DNA from: a virus
Reading direction: 5' to 3' (one strand)
Length of the DNA: 64,000 bases
Virus record (IMG/VR): IMGVR_UViG_3300015360_003300
Location: 7,550-71,549 of that record
Shown: positions 29,197 to 40,836 of the stretch, one piece after another
Layout: every line of letters starts with the position of its first letter
How positions within the stretch are numbered: position 1 is the stretch's first letter
Position numbers and translations under genes: made by a program
The notes under the pieces: model-generated
What the model was told of the DNA's origin: nothing
The model's database searches: none
The model's input: only the letters and a program-made list of their open reading frames with translations

Positions 29197-30672
29197 ATGG
29201 ACTATCAACTAATTGATACTAATAAATTTGATTTCCCGGGAAACTACCGAGCAATCGTGGAAGATAACGAAGATCCATTGGATCTTGGTCGTGTTCGTAT
29301 TCGTATTTTTGGTATACACTCATTAGATCCAACTGAAACACCTGTAGGACATTTACCGTGGGCGGAACCAGCACTATCAATTTATTATTCTGGTGGACAA
29401 AATCTTAAGTCAAAATCTTCAAAGTCTACAACAAGATATTCAGCCGGCAACGATAAATTTGTTCCACCAAAACGCTCTACAGAAACTATAACACAAGAAT
29501 TCCAAGATAGTGTTATGGTTAATGAAGGTAGTGGTGCTCACTTTGTTGTTCCACGTAAGGGTACACAAGTTTGGGTATTTTTTGATTGTAATTATCATGG
29601 ACGCCCACAATATTGGGCGGCGGCGCTTAAAGGGAAAGATTGGACCGAACAAAAGAAAAAACTTGAGAATGACATCAAATTAAAAGCTGCTGAAATATCA
29701 AGTATTCGCAATATTTTTACACCAGATACAAATGTTCATTCTGGAAAAAGTTGTGCGAGTGAAGCAAAAGTTGCTACAGCCATTAATAAACCAAGACTGA
29801 CATTACAAAATGTTAGCGACACTAGAAATTATCACATTTCTAGTTATACGAGTCCTGGTGGTGTAACCTTTATAAGTGTCAATGAAGATGGGCGTGAACG
29901 TACATATATCATGCATAAGGGATATATGGAGTATACAGATGATAAAGGACAACGCAAAGTTGTTGTTGGTTTTACTGATGGTAAAGCCAATGATTTGGAA
30001 CAAGCAGTTGCTAATAATTTTGAACTTCATATTGGTGGTGACTTTGATGTATATGTTAAAAAAAGTCATTACATACAAGTAGATGGTGATGCTCAAATAA
30101 ATGTTTTAGGTAATGTTGGTATTCGTGCTGGTAAGGATATTGATCTTGTATCAGATGCTAGTATCAATATTGATGCTAAGAAAAATATTAATATACATGC
30201 TGGTGGATCATTACAATATCATATTGAAGGCAACTTATTAACTAAAATAGATGGTAACTATGATGTTGATATTAAAGGATCATATAACGTATCGGTTAAG
30301 ATGGCTGCTAAGTTTAAATCTTTAGAGTTACACATGAAAGCTAAAACTAGTCAAGTTTTTGAAGCAGCCCTTCAACAAACTATGCTTAGCACAACTTTTA
30401 TAGGTAAAGCTAAATCTGTGTATAGTATCGCCAGTGATGCTGTAACAAGAATTAATGCATCAGCCGGACTCCAACAGACAGCCCCCGTAATTGATTTAGC
30501 GGGAATGTCAGTAAACGTTGGTGGTGCTGTTATGTTAGGAAGTGCATCATCACAACCAGCACCACAAGTTCAGTCTCCCACAACCGATGCTGAAAGTATT
30601 GTTAGTAAAAAACAGTTCATTAAGGGTGGAACTACAAAAGAATTTAAAGAGAATGCATCTAATACCAATTAA
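29197..30672 (+). CDS. gp5: Baseplate hub / central spike gp5-like (OB fold plus beta-helix, no lysozyme domain)
   Basis: YRAIVEDNEDPLDLGRVRIRIFGIH...LPWA...VP..GTQVWVFF; V/IxG repeats. Confidence 0.88.
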   Translation: MDYQLIDTNKFDFPGNYRAIVEDNEDPLDLGRVRIRIFGIHSLDPTETPVGHLPWAEPALSIYYSGGQNLKSKSSKSTTRYSAGNDKFVPPKRSTETITQEFQDSVMVNEGSGAHFVVPRKGTQVWVFFDCNYHGRPQYWAAALKGKDWTEQKKKLENDIKLKAAEISSIRNIFTPDTNVHSGKSCASEAKVATAINKPRLTLQNVSDTRNYHISSYTSPGGVTFISVNEDGRERTYIMHKGYMEYTDDKGQRKVVVGFTDGKANDLEQAVANNFELHIGGDFDVYVKKSHYIQVDGDAQINVLGNVGIRAGKDIDLVSDASINIDAKKNINIHAGGSLQYHIEGNLLTKIDGNYDVDIKGSYNVSVKMAAKFKSLELHMKAKTSQVFEAALQQTMLSTTFIGKAKSVYSIASDAVTRINASAGLQQTAPVIDLAGMSVNVGGAVMLGSASSQPAPQVQSPTTDAESIVSKKQFIKGGTTKEFKENASNTN

Positions 30673-30705
30673 TATGTTTAATATGCTGTTAGTACGATAA
30701 AATAT

Positions 30706-30713
30706 TATAAATA
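30706..30713 (+). promoter_or_regulatory. T4-type late promoter TATAAATA
   Basis: Exact consensus upstream of the baseplate operon. Confidence 0.75.
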
Positions 30714-30744
30714 ACAGATATAGTCTTTAGAGGGTTTTTAAAAG

Positions 30745-31131
30745 ATGGCAACACTCGCCAAAATATATTCTGATCTTGCGTTTTCGCCACTTTTAAACAA
30801 TGAAGGTGATATTTCGCAAGTATATGATACTGTGGCTATTAATCAATCACTTTTTAATATATTAAATACTCGTAAAGGCTCCCGTGTCATGGATCCACTG
30901 TTTGGATGTAATTTCCAATCTTATCTTTTTGAAATCTTTGATACCGAAACATTAAAAAATATTACTGACGATATTCAGAGAAACTTTTCAATTTACGAAC
31001 CTCGTATCATAATTGAGTCAATAGATAAGAATCTTAACTATGATACACTTGAATATACTCTTTACATAAACTATCGGTTTTCTAGAAAAAATGAAAGAGG
31101 TAAGTTTGAAGTGGTACTCCAAAAACTTTAA
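30745..31131 (+). CDS. gp25: Baseplate wedge / sheath initiator gp25
   Basis: YSDL, AINQSLFNILNTRKGSRVMDPLFG...LFE, YEPRI. Confidence 0.93.
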   Translation: MATLAKIYSDLAFSPLLNNEGDISQVYDTVAINQSLFNILNTRKGSRVMDPLFGCNFQSYLFEIFDTETLKNITDDIQRNFSIYEPRIIIESIDKNLNYDTLEYTLYINYRFSRKNERGKFEVVLQKL

Positions 31132-31140
31132 GGATATGAA

Positions 31141-34100
31141 ATGACAGATCAGAGCAGAACCATTAATTATGTAAACTATGATTTTGAAGCGATGAAGAAT
31201 GACGTTCTTCAACAGCTTACCGAAACTGGTGTTTTCAAAGATATTAACATCAAAGGTTCAAATATTAACAATTTGGCTGATCTTCTTGTATATATTGGAT
31301 CGCTTAATGGTTACTACATCAATTCTGCTGCTAATGAGGTATTTCTTCCAACTGCGAAACGTTATAATAACCTTAACAAAATTGGACAGTTACTTAGATA
31401 TGATGCTAGAGGAATAGTTTCTGCGATGGTTGATGTAGTCGGCTCTCTGACACCAGAATATGTTTACGGAAAACAAGGTGAATATATTGAAATTCCAGCA
31501 TATTCTATATTTCCATCAACAAAACAAACAACTACAAATAAGAATTTTATTTTCACCAATCCGCTTCCAATAATTTATATAACAAAAGGTTTTGGACTAA
31601 ATAAGGTTGAACAATCTGACTTTAAATATAAAGGATACAATCTTCCATTTACTGCACCCAAAGCATTCTTTCAAGAGACTATAAATGGTCCAGTAACTAT
31701 TAATCCACTTTTCATTGAATTACCATTAAGTTTAAACAAACCGCTTGAAATAATTAAAAGAAATACTATAGATAATTATCGTGGATTTGATACAGTTAAT
31801 TATCCGAAAGAAAACCCAGCAGACACATCAAGTGTCGGCTTGCCATTTATTTCAACTATATCATGCTTATCATTTTCATCAACTCTTGTTGTAGGAGTTG
31901 AATATCCAGTATTAATGAAATTTGACATAGGAACATCCACACCGAATCTTGAAATTGTTACAGACATAAATATTCTTAATGATAGAGTTGATGATATATA
32001 CGGAAAAATAATAGTTGAAGTAGCAGATCCAGTACAACAAACATATACAATATCAATGAAAGAAATGTCAACAGACAAACGCTTCTATCTTGGTAAGACT
32101 GGAATGGAAAATTTAACAAGTGTAAATGTAACTTATTCAACCATTCCCGGAAAGGGACAATCGGTTGAACAAATTAATCTTGTCATTAATGAAAATGGAA
32201 ATGGTTCACCATTCACTGTTCTTGTAAATGGAAATTATTATACATTTACATCGGGAACTATAAGCTCTCCTAAATTTAAAGAAAATTTCTTTGATAGTGG
32301 TATTGATTCTTATAATGTTATCTTAACAATAAACGACACAACAAAACCAGAACTTGGTTATTTGGCGACACTAGATGTATCTACGAAAGATCCAACAAAC
32401 AACCAAGTTATTGTTGCAAAAATTTCTACACGTAATGTGGATGCTACTTCTAATACTAAAAGTTTACAAACAGGTCCTGGTGCCAAATATGGAAACTTGC
32501 AAGTAACAGAAAAAGTAACATTCAAGACAACACACCAGAAAGCTGGTCGCATCTATTTTAATACTGGAAAAACATCGCAACAAGTTATTTTCAATAATAT
32601 ATTTGTTCCTGGCTCTGGTGAAACAACCGCTCGCTATCAAGTACAATTAACTCCCGATAACAATATTCGTACATGGGTTGCTGATGCTAACGATGGCGGA
32701 TTCAAAATATACGTAGAACCCGATACCGAATTTGAAGGATACATTGACTGGATAGCGACTCAGATTATTCAGAACAAGACAAAGACAATTCCTGTTAAGT
32801 TTAGTAAACCACTTTCCCCTGTGATGACTGTTGATGGTGCAATTTCCAACTATATGGTTCAGCTTACACCTAATGATAATGTACAAGTTTGGTATGAAAA
32901 TATGACACCAAATGGTTTTGATATAAAAACCGAAAAAGATTTTGAAGGTAAAGTAAGTTGGTCTGTATATAACTTTTTTGACAACCAATCTACGCCATAT
33001 GATGTTGAAAGCACATATCGTCAATCTAATAAAAAGGTTATTGCTATTGCTCAAGAAACTGCTGAAGTTACGTTAGATATACCGTTTATTGATGACCAAT
33101 ATGCAATTCAACTTGTTCCTAACAAAAATGTTGCAGTTTGGTATACTTCAAAAGAAGCTGGAAAGTTTACTATACAGAAAGAATCAGGAATTGATACAGA
33201 TTTAATTGTTGACTGGTATGTCGACGGAACAAATTTATATCAGTTTCAGAGACACGGTGAAGTTGACTTTACGGGACGAACAGTAGTATCAAGAGAAATA
33301 CCAGGATTTAGATTTGTAGATATTCCAGAAACATTTAATATTCGCGGACTTTTACAAGGATCTGTTGGATTCACTTATGTAAATGTTAATAATGTAGTTG
33401 ATGCTACAAATAATTTCTTAAATATTGCAATAGATCCAACAAAATTACATGAAAAAAGCCTTTCTTTTATTATAAAAAATAGTGATATTTCTACTAATTC
33501 TATTCGCATATTTGCTAAAAATACTCAAGGTAAATGGGATGAATGGAGTCGTGCGGGGACGGGACACGACGAACCAGACTATCCAGGTAATAAAGTATTT
33601 AGAGTTTATGTTAACCAAGATAAACTTGCTAAAATAGAATTTGGAGATGGAATCAACTGGGGAACTTCAATAAATAATAAAGAAATGTTTATTCTTGGAC
33701 TTTCCTCAATAGGAGCCGAAGGTAATATAGGAAAAAATGTAATTTCTTCAGAAGTAATTGTATCACAATACATACTTGGTAATGATAAAACAGATATAGA
33801 ATTTGAACGTTCTCTCGTATCAATAATTGGTTTAAAAACACAAGTATTTTTCCAAGGAAATTCGCCATCAACAATAATAATAGATTCAGAAAATACTAGA
33901 ATTTCAAACAAGGATCTAATAATATCACAAAATCAATTAGCTTCTGGTGGTGCTAACGTAGAATCTGTAGATGAACTACGAGCTAATATTTCAAATACAT
34001 TTGTTAGACAGAATCGTAATGTATCATCAAACGATCTTAGTCGCTACATAATTGAAGTTTTTCCTGATTATATTATAAAGTGTCGTGTATTAAATTATGA

Positions 34101-34749
34101 TGAACTTGTTAAGTCTAAAATTATTCCCACACTAGAACTAGAAAAATACTGGTTCAACTATGTTTTTGTTATTGGATTGAATAAAGATGGAAGTAATATT
34201 ATTCCAAAAAACTTAAGAGATGTAATTATCAACAAGCTTGATAGTTCACCTATAAAAATGATTGGTAAAGAACACGAGATTCTTCCCGCTACATGGATAC
34301 CAATTGATATACTTATTAGATATAGTAAGGAGAGGACTGCAAATGCCTCAACTATAGAAACCGAAATGAAAAAGAATATTCTTAACTACTTTAATTATAC
34401 TAACCACGAACTAGGTGATCGTATACCTCATTCTGATATGGTAGCTTCTGTAAAAGTAGATGGAGTAACTGAAGTAGAAATAATGATGAATAAAGATCCT
34501 GGAAACAAATTTAATGCAAGTGATTATGTTGTTGATATTCGTGGGGTGGGTGCAGATGCTGATATGCTTCAACGCAATAAGCTTATGGAACTAATTCGTC
34601 GTGACCCTTCGTTAGTTAAGATTTTTCAACCGTTATTTAGTACAACATACACTAACGGTACAACCGAATGGAATTATTCATTAGATATTCAGTTAAATAC
34701 ATATGAATTTCCTAAACTTGGCGATATAATAATTCAGAGGGCTAATTAA
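31141..34749 (+). CDS. gp6: Baseplate wedge gp6-like, enlarged by inserted repeats
   Basis: YDFEAMK...FKD....GSN...L.Y...NEVFLPTA; IEFGDG..G; G.EGN; ASGGANVESVDELR...QNR. Confidence 0.88.
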   Translation: MTDQSRTINYVNYDFEAMKNDVLQQLTETGVFKDINIKGSNINNLADLLVYIGSLNGYYINSAANEVFLPTAKRYNNLNKIGQLLRYDARGIVSAMVDVVGSLTPEYVYGKQGEYIEIPAYSIFPSTKQTTTNKNFIFTNPLPIIYITKGFGLNKVEQSDFKYKGYNLPFTAPKAFFQETINGPVTINPLFIELPLSLNKPLEIIKRNTIDNYRGFDTVNYPKENPADTSSVGLPFISTISCLSFSSTLVVGVEYPVLMKFDIGTSTPNLEIVTDINILNDRVDDIYGKIIVEVADPVQQTYTISMKEMSTDKRFYLGKTGMENLTSVNVTYSTIPGKGQSVEQINLVINENGNGSPFTVLVNGNYYTFTSGTISSPKFKENFFDSGIDSYNVILTINDTTKPELGYLATLDVSTKDPTNNQVIVAKISTRNVDATSNTKSLQTGPGAKYGNLQVTEKVTFKTTHQKAGRIYFNTGKTSQQVIFNNIFVPGSGETTARYQVQLTPDNNIRTWVADANDGGFKIYVEPDTEFEGYIDWIATQIIQNKTKTIPVKFSKPLSPVMTVDGAISNYMVQLTPNDNVQVWYENMTPNGFDIKTEKDFEGKVSWSVYNFFDNQSTPYDVESTYRQSNKKVIAIAQETAEVTLDIPFIDDQYAIQLVPNKNVAVWYTSKEAGKFTIQKESGIDTDLIVDWYVDGTNLYQFQRHGEVDFTGRTVVSREIPGFRFVDIPETFNIRGLLQGSVGFTYVNVNNVVDATNNFLNIAIDPTKLHEKSLSFIIKNSDISTNSIRIFAKNTQGKWDEWSRAGTGHDEPDYPGNKVFRVYVNQDKLAKIEFGDGINWGTSINNKEMFILGLSSIGAEGNIGKNVISSEVIVSQYILGNDKTDIEFERSLVSIIGLKTQVFFQGNSPSTIIIDSENTRISNKDLIISQNQLASGGANVESVDELRANISNTFVRQNRNVSSNDLSRYIIEVFPDYIIKCRVLNYDELVKSKIIPTLELEKYWFNYVFVIGLNKDGSNIIPKNLRDVIINKLDSSPIKMIGKEHEILPATWIPIDILIRYSKERTANASTIETEMKKNILNYFNYTNHELGDRIPHSDMVASVKVDGVTEVEIMMNKDPGNKFNASDYVVDIRGVGADADMLQRNKLMELIRRDPSLVKIFQPLFSTTYTNGTTEWNYSLDIQLNTYEFPKLGDIIIQRAN

Positions 34750-37700
34750 TGTCATTTGCCGCAAATTTTATAATAAATGGTGATGGTGCATATGCCAACG
34801 AACAAATTGATTTTTCAGATAACAGTACCATTGGTGCTGTTATTGATTCCGATAGTCTCCATATTGAAGGCAATGTAGATAAAGCCGATCTTGTTTTATC
34901 TGACTATACTATAACTAATATCACTAAATATCAGTGGCATTTTAACGATGGTAATTATTATTATGATCCTACAGTTTCACATAAATTTCTTGAGCCAGGG
35001 TTTGTACAAGTAAAATTAACGGTATGGTCGGAAAGTTTTATTCATTCTGGCCAAACATTTTATTTTAAATATACATTTACTAAAGAAGTAACTGTTCAAG
35101 GTCGCTTTTATAAGTTTCTAATTGATAATTTTCCAACATGGGAATACATTAAGAACCCACAAATGGATGCTTTGTTTAAAGTTGCTGGTAATTTTTTTGA
35201 TAAACTTCACACTAAGATATCTGGTATATACAATCTTGTTAGTATTGAAAAAGTTGACCCTACATACTTTGAAGTTCTCGCACAAACACTAGGTCATGAT
35301 GAATATTATCGTAAAGTTGGATACACACTTAATCAAGGCGATTTTAGTAAATACGATATTATTGATCGTATAACTGCTAATACGGCATCATCTGATGAAA
35401 TAAATAGTTTCCGTCAATTTCTTTCAAGATCCTCTGATGTATTTAAGAAAAAAGGAACACCACAAGATATTATTAAGTTTCTTGAATTTTTCTCACTAGA
35501 TGGTGAACCTATTGATCTTTGGACAGTAAATTTTGGAAAGACCTCAAAGGGTATAACCGAAGAAACATTTTCTGAAAAAACGTTTGATGAAAATAAACTC
35601 GCTTTGGCGTGGGACAATGTTAAGATTATAGGAAATGTTAATGATCGCGGTCACCTTATCAAGAACGAAGGAAGTATCACTATAGATTCTTACTATAAAG
35701 TACAGAAATATGAACAAGATGCTGGCGCATTTACTCTTGCTAATGTTATAAATCGTAAACATCCAAGTTGGGATATTTATGAACTTTCAAGATATGTAAA
35801 ACAAGTAAGATATGGATCTGATACGTATTATACGCCAGTAGAAATGTGGATGACACCAAACGAAATCAGTGATCTTTTAGCAACGTTATATGTAACTACA
35901 CCTTGGCAATCATTAGACATTGAAGCCGAACAACACAGAATCGTATTTGATGAATTAAAAACAGTAGTAACAAATACAAGCACATCAGCGTGTAATAGTT
36001 CACATAAAGACACAATAAGCGAGATAAAGTATATTCATTCGTTTCTTATTCGTGATATTCGCCTCAATAACGGCACAGAAATCTCTAATTTTACAGAAAA
36101 TAACGATATTAACCCATATACAGTTGATTGGCGTTCTGCTCTTCCTTCTGGTGGAGGTCTTATTGTTAATGTATCAGCAATGCCATTGAATGATTATTTT
36201 CAATATTATCCATATATACAAGTTGAAAACTTCATTGAACTTAATCATTTACTTGATCAAGGTCAACGAATGTCTATATCTTATTTGGTAGCTAACGAGA
36301 AGGCAATAGAATCTTCGGTAGTTGCTAAAGATGATGCTATAAAAGATTTTGATGCATCAGTAACTTTTTCGTTTGAAGAACCAGAGAAGTTAACATATAA
36401 TATGAGACTTCCAGACAATCAGATACATGTTATTTTTCGCGGTATAAAAAATGATCCAAAAGAAAAATTTGCAATAAATCAGTACTATAAAGCAACTATA
36501 TGTGCTAAAGAAAACACATTTAGTATATCAAAAGTCTTAACAAATACCGATGGTTCTGTAATTCAACAAAAAATAAACCTCACGGGCAATCATGATAATA
36601 TTGTATTTGATAGTTTAATAAAAGAATTACAATCTGAAGAGTTGTTTACTTTTGATTATAACCAACTTTATGAATTAAAGATTACAGTAACTGGATCATT
36701 AATTTCAGCATGGATACGCAGATTAAGTATTGAAACACAAATGGTTAGTGATATTAAAACTGGACTTGGTAATAATAACTTTGGTAAAGATATTGTATCA
36801 GACCCATGGATTTTACTTGTTGAGAATCTTGATATGAATGTTGGTCAAGAAAACGTAACTAGTTACAATATAAAGAACCAAGTTATTAATAACATGGAGT
36901 ATGTGTATCTTGGAGATGCTGGATCTATAGGATTTGGTTGTAAAAATACTATTATAAATGTTTCTAAGCTTATAATAAACAATAGAGATTTAGACACAAC
37001 ACTTTATATACCAGTAGAAAAACAAATATACTTAAAACCAAAATATCTTGAATGGCAACGCCAGCGTGATATTATATTCAGTAGTTATGATAATACTATT
37101 CCGTATTTTGATGCTACTATTGTTAATAAATTTAACCCACAAACATCTCAATACCAACTTTCATCTGAGAAAGCATCGTCTACTCAAGCAATTTATTTTA
37201 ATAATATTTCAGTTAGTGATAAATTAGCGACTAGATATACTGTTTGGTTTGATAAGTTGTGGCTTAATAATAACTATTCAATTGATGGCAATCTTGATAG
37301 AAAATTCTATGATAATATTATTATCCCGTTTGGTAGCCAGAAATCTCCATTTATTTCAGAAAATACAGTATATAACAAGGATATATATAAAGATAATTTA
37401 GGAGGAACTACATCTGGCTCAGTTGGATTATTCATAGCTAACAATTCACCAATTTTAGATGACTACGAAGTAAAACCAGGGGATGCATTTTCATCTACTA
37501 CAAGAGATGGTTCTGGTTATGGAAAAACTCTCTATACAAATGAGCGTATAGCTCAATATAAACTATCTAGTCGTATTCCTGGTTTCATTGGTGTGTATGA
37601 AGAAATATTTCCATTATCTAACTTTTTCCCAGAACTTAATGGACGATTAGTTCTTAACGACCAGTCAGTATTTAAAAATAATTTTTTTAATCCAGTTATA

Positions 37701-40700
37701 GTAGATACTGAATGTGGAAAACGCACTATAGGTGTTCGTTTCCGTAATTGTAAAGATATTCTTACAACAATCAAAAGATACTCTACAGAATTACAAAATG
37801 AAATATACATTTATGGTCATTTTACATTTCATGTTCCGCGATATGCTGTACAATTTGCTCCAGATAATAATTTTGAAACATCAGAACTTTATAGTGACTA
37901 TGTAAAGTACGATTTATGTGTACCCCTTGGAATTCTCAACGAACATATTAAGACATATAATCTTAGCAAACAGTATATTAAAGAGTATGGTGGGATGATG
38001 ATTAATCTTAATGGTGTTTATGTGAGACTATCACAAGATCAAGTATCATATTCAAATACCAGCGGAGCAATAACACTTAAGACATTAAATCAATACGAGA
38101 ACTCATATAATGAATTACAATGTCGTTACTGGTTATCGGCTAACCTTGATTTTAAATCTAATATATATCGTGATGCTGAACCAAATCTATCAACCACAGA
38201 AAAAGGAATAAATTTCTTTTTTAACGAAGATGTACGAAAGCTTTTAACATCTCTTGAACAAACTTCAACATATGATATATCAAGTGATTATAGATGGTGG
38301 CTCCCAGAATCATCAAATACCCAATGGAGCGGTGCTTTCAGAAAAAGAGAGTTTGATATAATAACTGTTGATTTAACTAATGATCTTACAACAAACCTTA
38401 ATTATTTTGGATATGACCAAAATCCCATTGTTAACTGCAATGAACAAAGAGATAGAGCAGCCCTAAAGGTTCTTTTTGGGAATAAAGTTGGTGGCTTTAC
38501 GTTTAATCTTACAGCATCTCTTATATCAAACGCCCAATGTATAACCGCCGATAAACCATTTAATGCTTTACAAATTAGATTAACAGATGGTGATATTAAT
38601 GATATTATTCAAGCAAATACCACATATTATGCTAAAGTAACAGTTCGTATCAACAATTCTGGATTTGACCAAGAAGATGTAGACATTCTTTCAGAAAACG
38701 AAAGAATGAAATTAAAAATACTAGGTACCAATAAGAAAGAAAAGTTTAAGAAAGCACCTGTTGTTAAGTGTCATACATTCTATTTACCATTCGCTTGGTA
38801 TGATGAAGCACATAAACCAAATGGTAATACTATCCAATATGCTGACTTTATTCGCGGATCTTATGGTCGCGGTGAGGTTCCAAGTATAACACTAGTTCCA
38901 TTTGGTCTGCTTACCGAACTTCTCAATAAAATGGATGCCGTTGATCGCCAAAACGTTCTTAATGAAGGAATAGATTTTTCATTATGGAATAAGTATCTTT
39001 TAGATAATATGTCAATTGATGGTGTATATGAACCAATACCAAGTTCTGTTTGTAAGCTATATAAGGACTATGGTATTTTTAATAAAATTAATCTTAATAT
39101 TGGCTCATATGTAGAAATAAACTACAATAAATCTGATCAAATTGCATGGGATGTTATTGACCAGTTCCGTTATTTCTTTGATGGGACAAAAGAAAATTTC
39201 TTTGCTCTTCCTGATCAAATTAATACTATGCAATCATGGATAGAAAATATACGCGATGTAAAATTAAATAATTATGTTGTTGACACATCACTTTATACAA
39301 TAAGTAATGATAATGTTCTTACATTGTCTGATGATTCATCATATCAATATCTTAATGGATCGGATATGGTTGGTAAATATATGTTAAATTTATATCTTGA
39401 TGTTTTTAATACATCACAGAACAATTTTACATTTGAGGAATATACTCAAAACTTCAATAATAAAAACCAGATTTCGTTTATTCCATATGAAGCAACGTCT
39501 CTAACACCATATAAAGTTGTAGAACGTACTCCATCGGAAAATCTCGTATTTAATAACAATGATGTTCTTTATGATATTATTAGTGTGGGTGGAGCACACG
39601 CAATGCGCGTCAATACTAGTAATACTTTAATTGATACAGACCGTGGCAAAGTTGGTTCTACAAATGTTATTAAAGATATAAACCTAAATCTATCGGTAAT
39701 GCCTGATGTTCAAAAACTTTTTATAATAGACGAAACCAGCCCCGTATTTGATATGGAAACTTCAGTATATTTTGATGAGGCTCTTGATTACATCGGAGAT
39801 TATCGTGGCAAGAGACTTGAATTTGTTATTAAAGCTAATAATACATACAGCTACAAAACAAAAACATATAATTTAAGTGAATATTACTTTGTTGGTATTG
39901 GAACATATGAATTTGATGTCGGACTTGGAATTGCTAAATATGACGCGACTACAGACACCTTGAAAAAATCATTTCTTGTGGGGTTTGGAGATAATAATAC
40001 CAAAAATATTAAATCAAATACGTGGTATAAGCTTCGTGTTATTGCAACAAAAGATTATATAAGAGTAATATTTAACGAAAGAGCCGAATCAGAACGTTTA
40101 GTAATTAATTATAATATATCTTCAAAAAACTCTAATATATCAGATATCAACCAAGGTAATTATGAGGAACTATCATATATTGTTAAAGGATTAAATAACC
40201 TTGATATTACATATCTTGATAAAATTGGCGAAAAGACCGGAAGAGAATTCGTGAGTGGAAACGTCAATACCGATCTAGCAATGTCCAAGCGTCCATCAGG
40301 TTATATGTCAGGCATTGTCGTGTTCAACCAATATACTTATATTACGGATATTATGTATCGTATTCAAAAACCAAAACTTCGCAATTTTGCAAGTGTTAAT
40401 GATTGCTCCGATACATCAACATTTATCACCGCTATAAAACATTATTTTGGCGAATTTCAAACTGTTAATTTCGTTGGAAAGACTCTTAACAATACTCTCG
40501 TAGTTCATGTTGATGATATTCTTTACTATAGTGATAGTAATATGAATCCTGTGAAGTTTTTAGAGAAGGATGTTATTGAAACAGCAATATTTCAAAATCT
40601 TGTTATCATTACATCAAAATTAAATGGTTCTACAAATGTGACCATTGTTCCCGAGACATTTAAGGACCAATATAGTGTATTTGTGAAAGACAATAACTTC

Positions 40701-40799
40701 AATGTTGATCATATTTATCGTTATTTAATGTTTACTAACCGAACAATAGATAAGGTTTATACAAATGAAGGACAGATAAGTATAGTATTAAATTCTTGA
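34749..40799 (+). CDS. Large baseplate wedge protein (gp7-like) with N-terminal PKD and ConA/LamG-like domains
   Basis: WHFNDG..SHKF..PG..VKLTV (PKD); DPTYFEVLAQTLG...KKKGT..I..FL; YELKITVTG...GSIGFG and WYKLRV; follows gp6. Confidence 0.65.
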   Translation: MSFAANFIINGDGAYANEQIDFSDNSTIGAVIDSDSLHIEGNVDKADLVLSDYTITNITKYQWHFNDGNYYYDPTVSHKFLEPGFVQVKLTVWSESFIHSGQTFYFKYTFTKEVTVQGRFYKFLIDNFPTWEYIKNPQMDALFKVAGNFFDKLHTKISGIYNLVSIEKVDPTYFEVLAQTLGHDEYYRKVGYTLNQGDFSKYDIIDRITANTASSDEINSFRQFLSRSSDVFKKKGTPQDIIKFLEFFSLDGEPIDLWTVNFGKTSKGITEETFSEKTFDENKLALAWDNVKIIGNVNDRGHLIKNEGSITIDSYYKVQKYEQDAGAFTLANVINRKHPSWDIYELSRYVKQVRYGSDTYYTPVEMWMTPNEISDLLATLYVTTPWQSLDIEAEQHRIVFDELKTVVTNTSTSACNSSHKDTISEIKYIHSFLIRDIRLNNGTEISNFTENNDINPYTVDWRSALPSGGGLIVNVSAMPLNDYFQYYPYIQVENFIELNHLLDQGQRMSISYLVANEKAIESSVVAKDDAIKDFDASVTFSFEEPEKLTYNMRLPDNQIHVIFRGIKNDPKEKFAINQYYKATICAKENTFSISKVLTNTDGSVIQQKINLTGNHDNIVFDSLIKELQSEELFTFDYNQLYELKITVTGSLISAWIRRLSIETQMVSDIKTGLGNNNFGKDIVSDPWILLVENLDMNVGQENVTSYNIKNQVINNMEYVYLGDAGSIGFGCKNTIINVSKLIINNRDLDTTLYIPVEKQIYLKPKYLEWQRQRDIIFSSYDNTIPYFDATIVNKFNPQTSQYQLSSEKASSTQAIYFNNISVSDKLATRYTVWFDKLWLNNNYSIDGNLDRKFYDNIIIPFGSQKSPFISENTVYNKDIYKDNLGGTTSGSVGLFIANNSPILDDYEVKPGDAFSSTTRDGSGYGKTLYTNERIAQYKLSSRIPGFIGVYEEIFPLSNFFPELNGRLVLNDQSVFKNNFFNPVIVDTECGKRTIGVRFRNCKDILTTIKRYSTELQNEIYIYGHFTFHVPRYAVQFAPDNNFETSELYSDYVKYDLCVPLGILNEHIKTYNLSKQYIKEYGGMMINLNGVYVRLSQDQVSYSNTSGAITLKTLNQYENSYNELQCRYWLSANLDFKSNIYRDAEPNLSTTEKGINFFFNEDVRKLLTSLEQTSTYDISSDYRWWLPESSNTQWSGAFRKREFDIITVDLTNDLTTNLNYFGYDQNPIVNCNEQRDRAALKVLFGNKVGGFTFNLTASLISNAQCITADKPFNALQIRLTDGDINDIIQANTTYYAKVTVRINNSGFDQEDVDILSENERMKLKILGTNKKEKFKKAPVVKCHTFYLPFAWYDEAHKPNGNTIQYADFIRGSYGRGEVPSITLVPFGLLTELLNKMDAVDRQNVLNEGIDFSLWNKYLLDNMSIDGVYEPIPSSVCKLYKDYGIFNKINLNIGSYVEINYNKSDQIAWDVIDQFRYFFDGTKENFFALPDQINTMQSWIENIRDVKLNNYVVDTSLYTISNDNVLTLSDDSSYQYLNGSDMVGKYMLNLYLDVFNTSQNNFTFEEYTQNFNNKNQISFIPYEATSLTPYKVVERTPSENLVFNNNDVLYDIISVGGAHAMRVNTSNTLIDTDRGKVGSTNVIKDINLNLSVMPDVQKLFIIDETSPVFDMETSVYFDEALDYIGDYRGKRLEFVIKANNTYSYKTKTYNLSEYYFVGIGTYEFDVGLGIAKYDATTDTLKKSFLVGFGDNNTKNIKSNTWYKLRVIATKDYIRVIFNERAESERLVINYNISSKNSNISDINQGNYEELSYIVKGLNNLDITYLDKIGEKTGREFVSGNVNTDLAMSKRPSGYMSGIVVFNQYTYITDIMYRIQKPKLRNFASVNDCSDTSTFITAIKHYFGEFQTVNFVGKTLNNTLVVHVDDILYYSDSNMNPVKFLEKDVIETAIFQNLVIITSKLNGSTNVTIVPETFKDQYSVFVKDNNFNVDHIYRYLMFTNRTIDKVYTNEGQISIVLNS

Positions 40800-40813
40800 A
40801 TCTGTATAATTTA

Positions 40814-40821
40814 GATAAATA
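40814..40821 (+). promoter_or_regulatory. Late-promoter variant GATAAATA
   Basis: One mismatch to TATAAATA, intergenic before a structural gene. Confidence 0.45.
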
Positions 40822-40836
40822 GGTATAAGGTGATTA

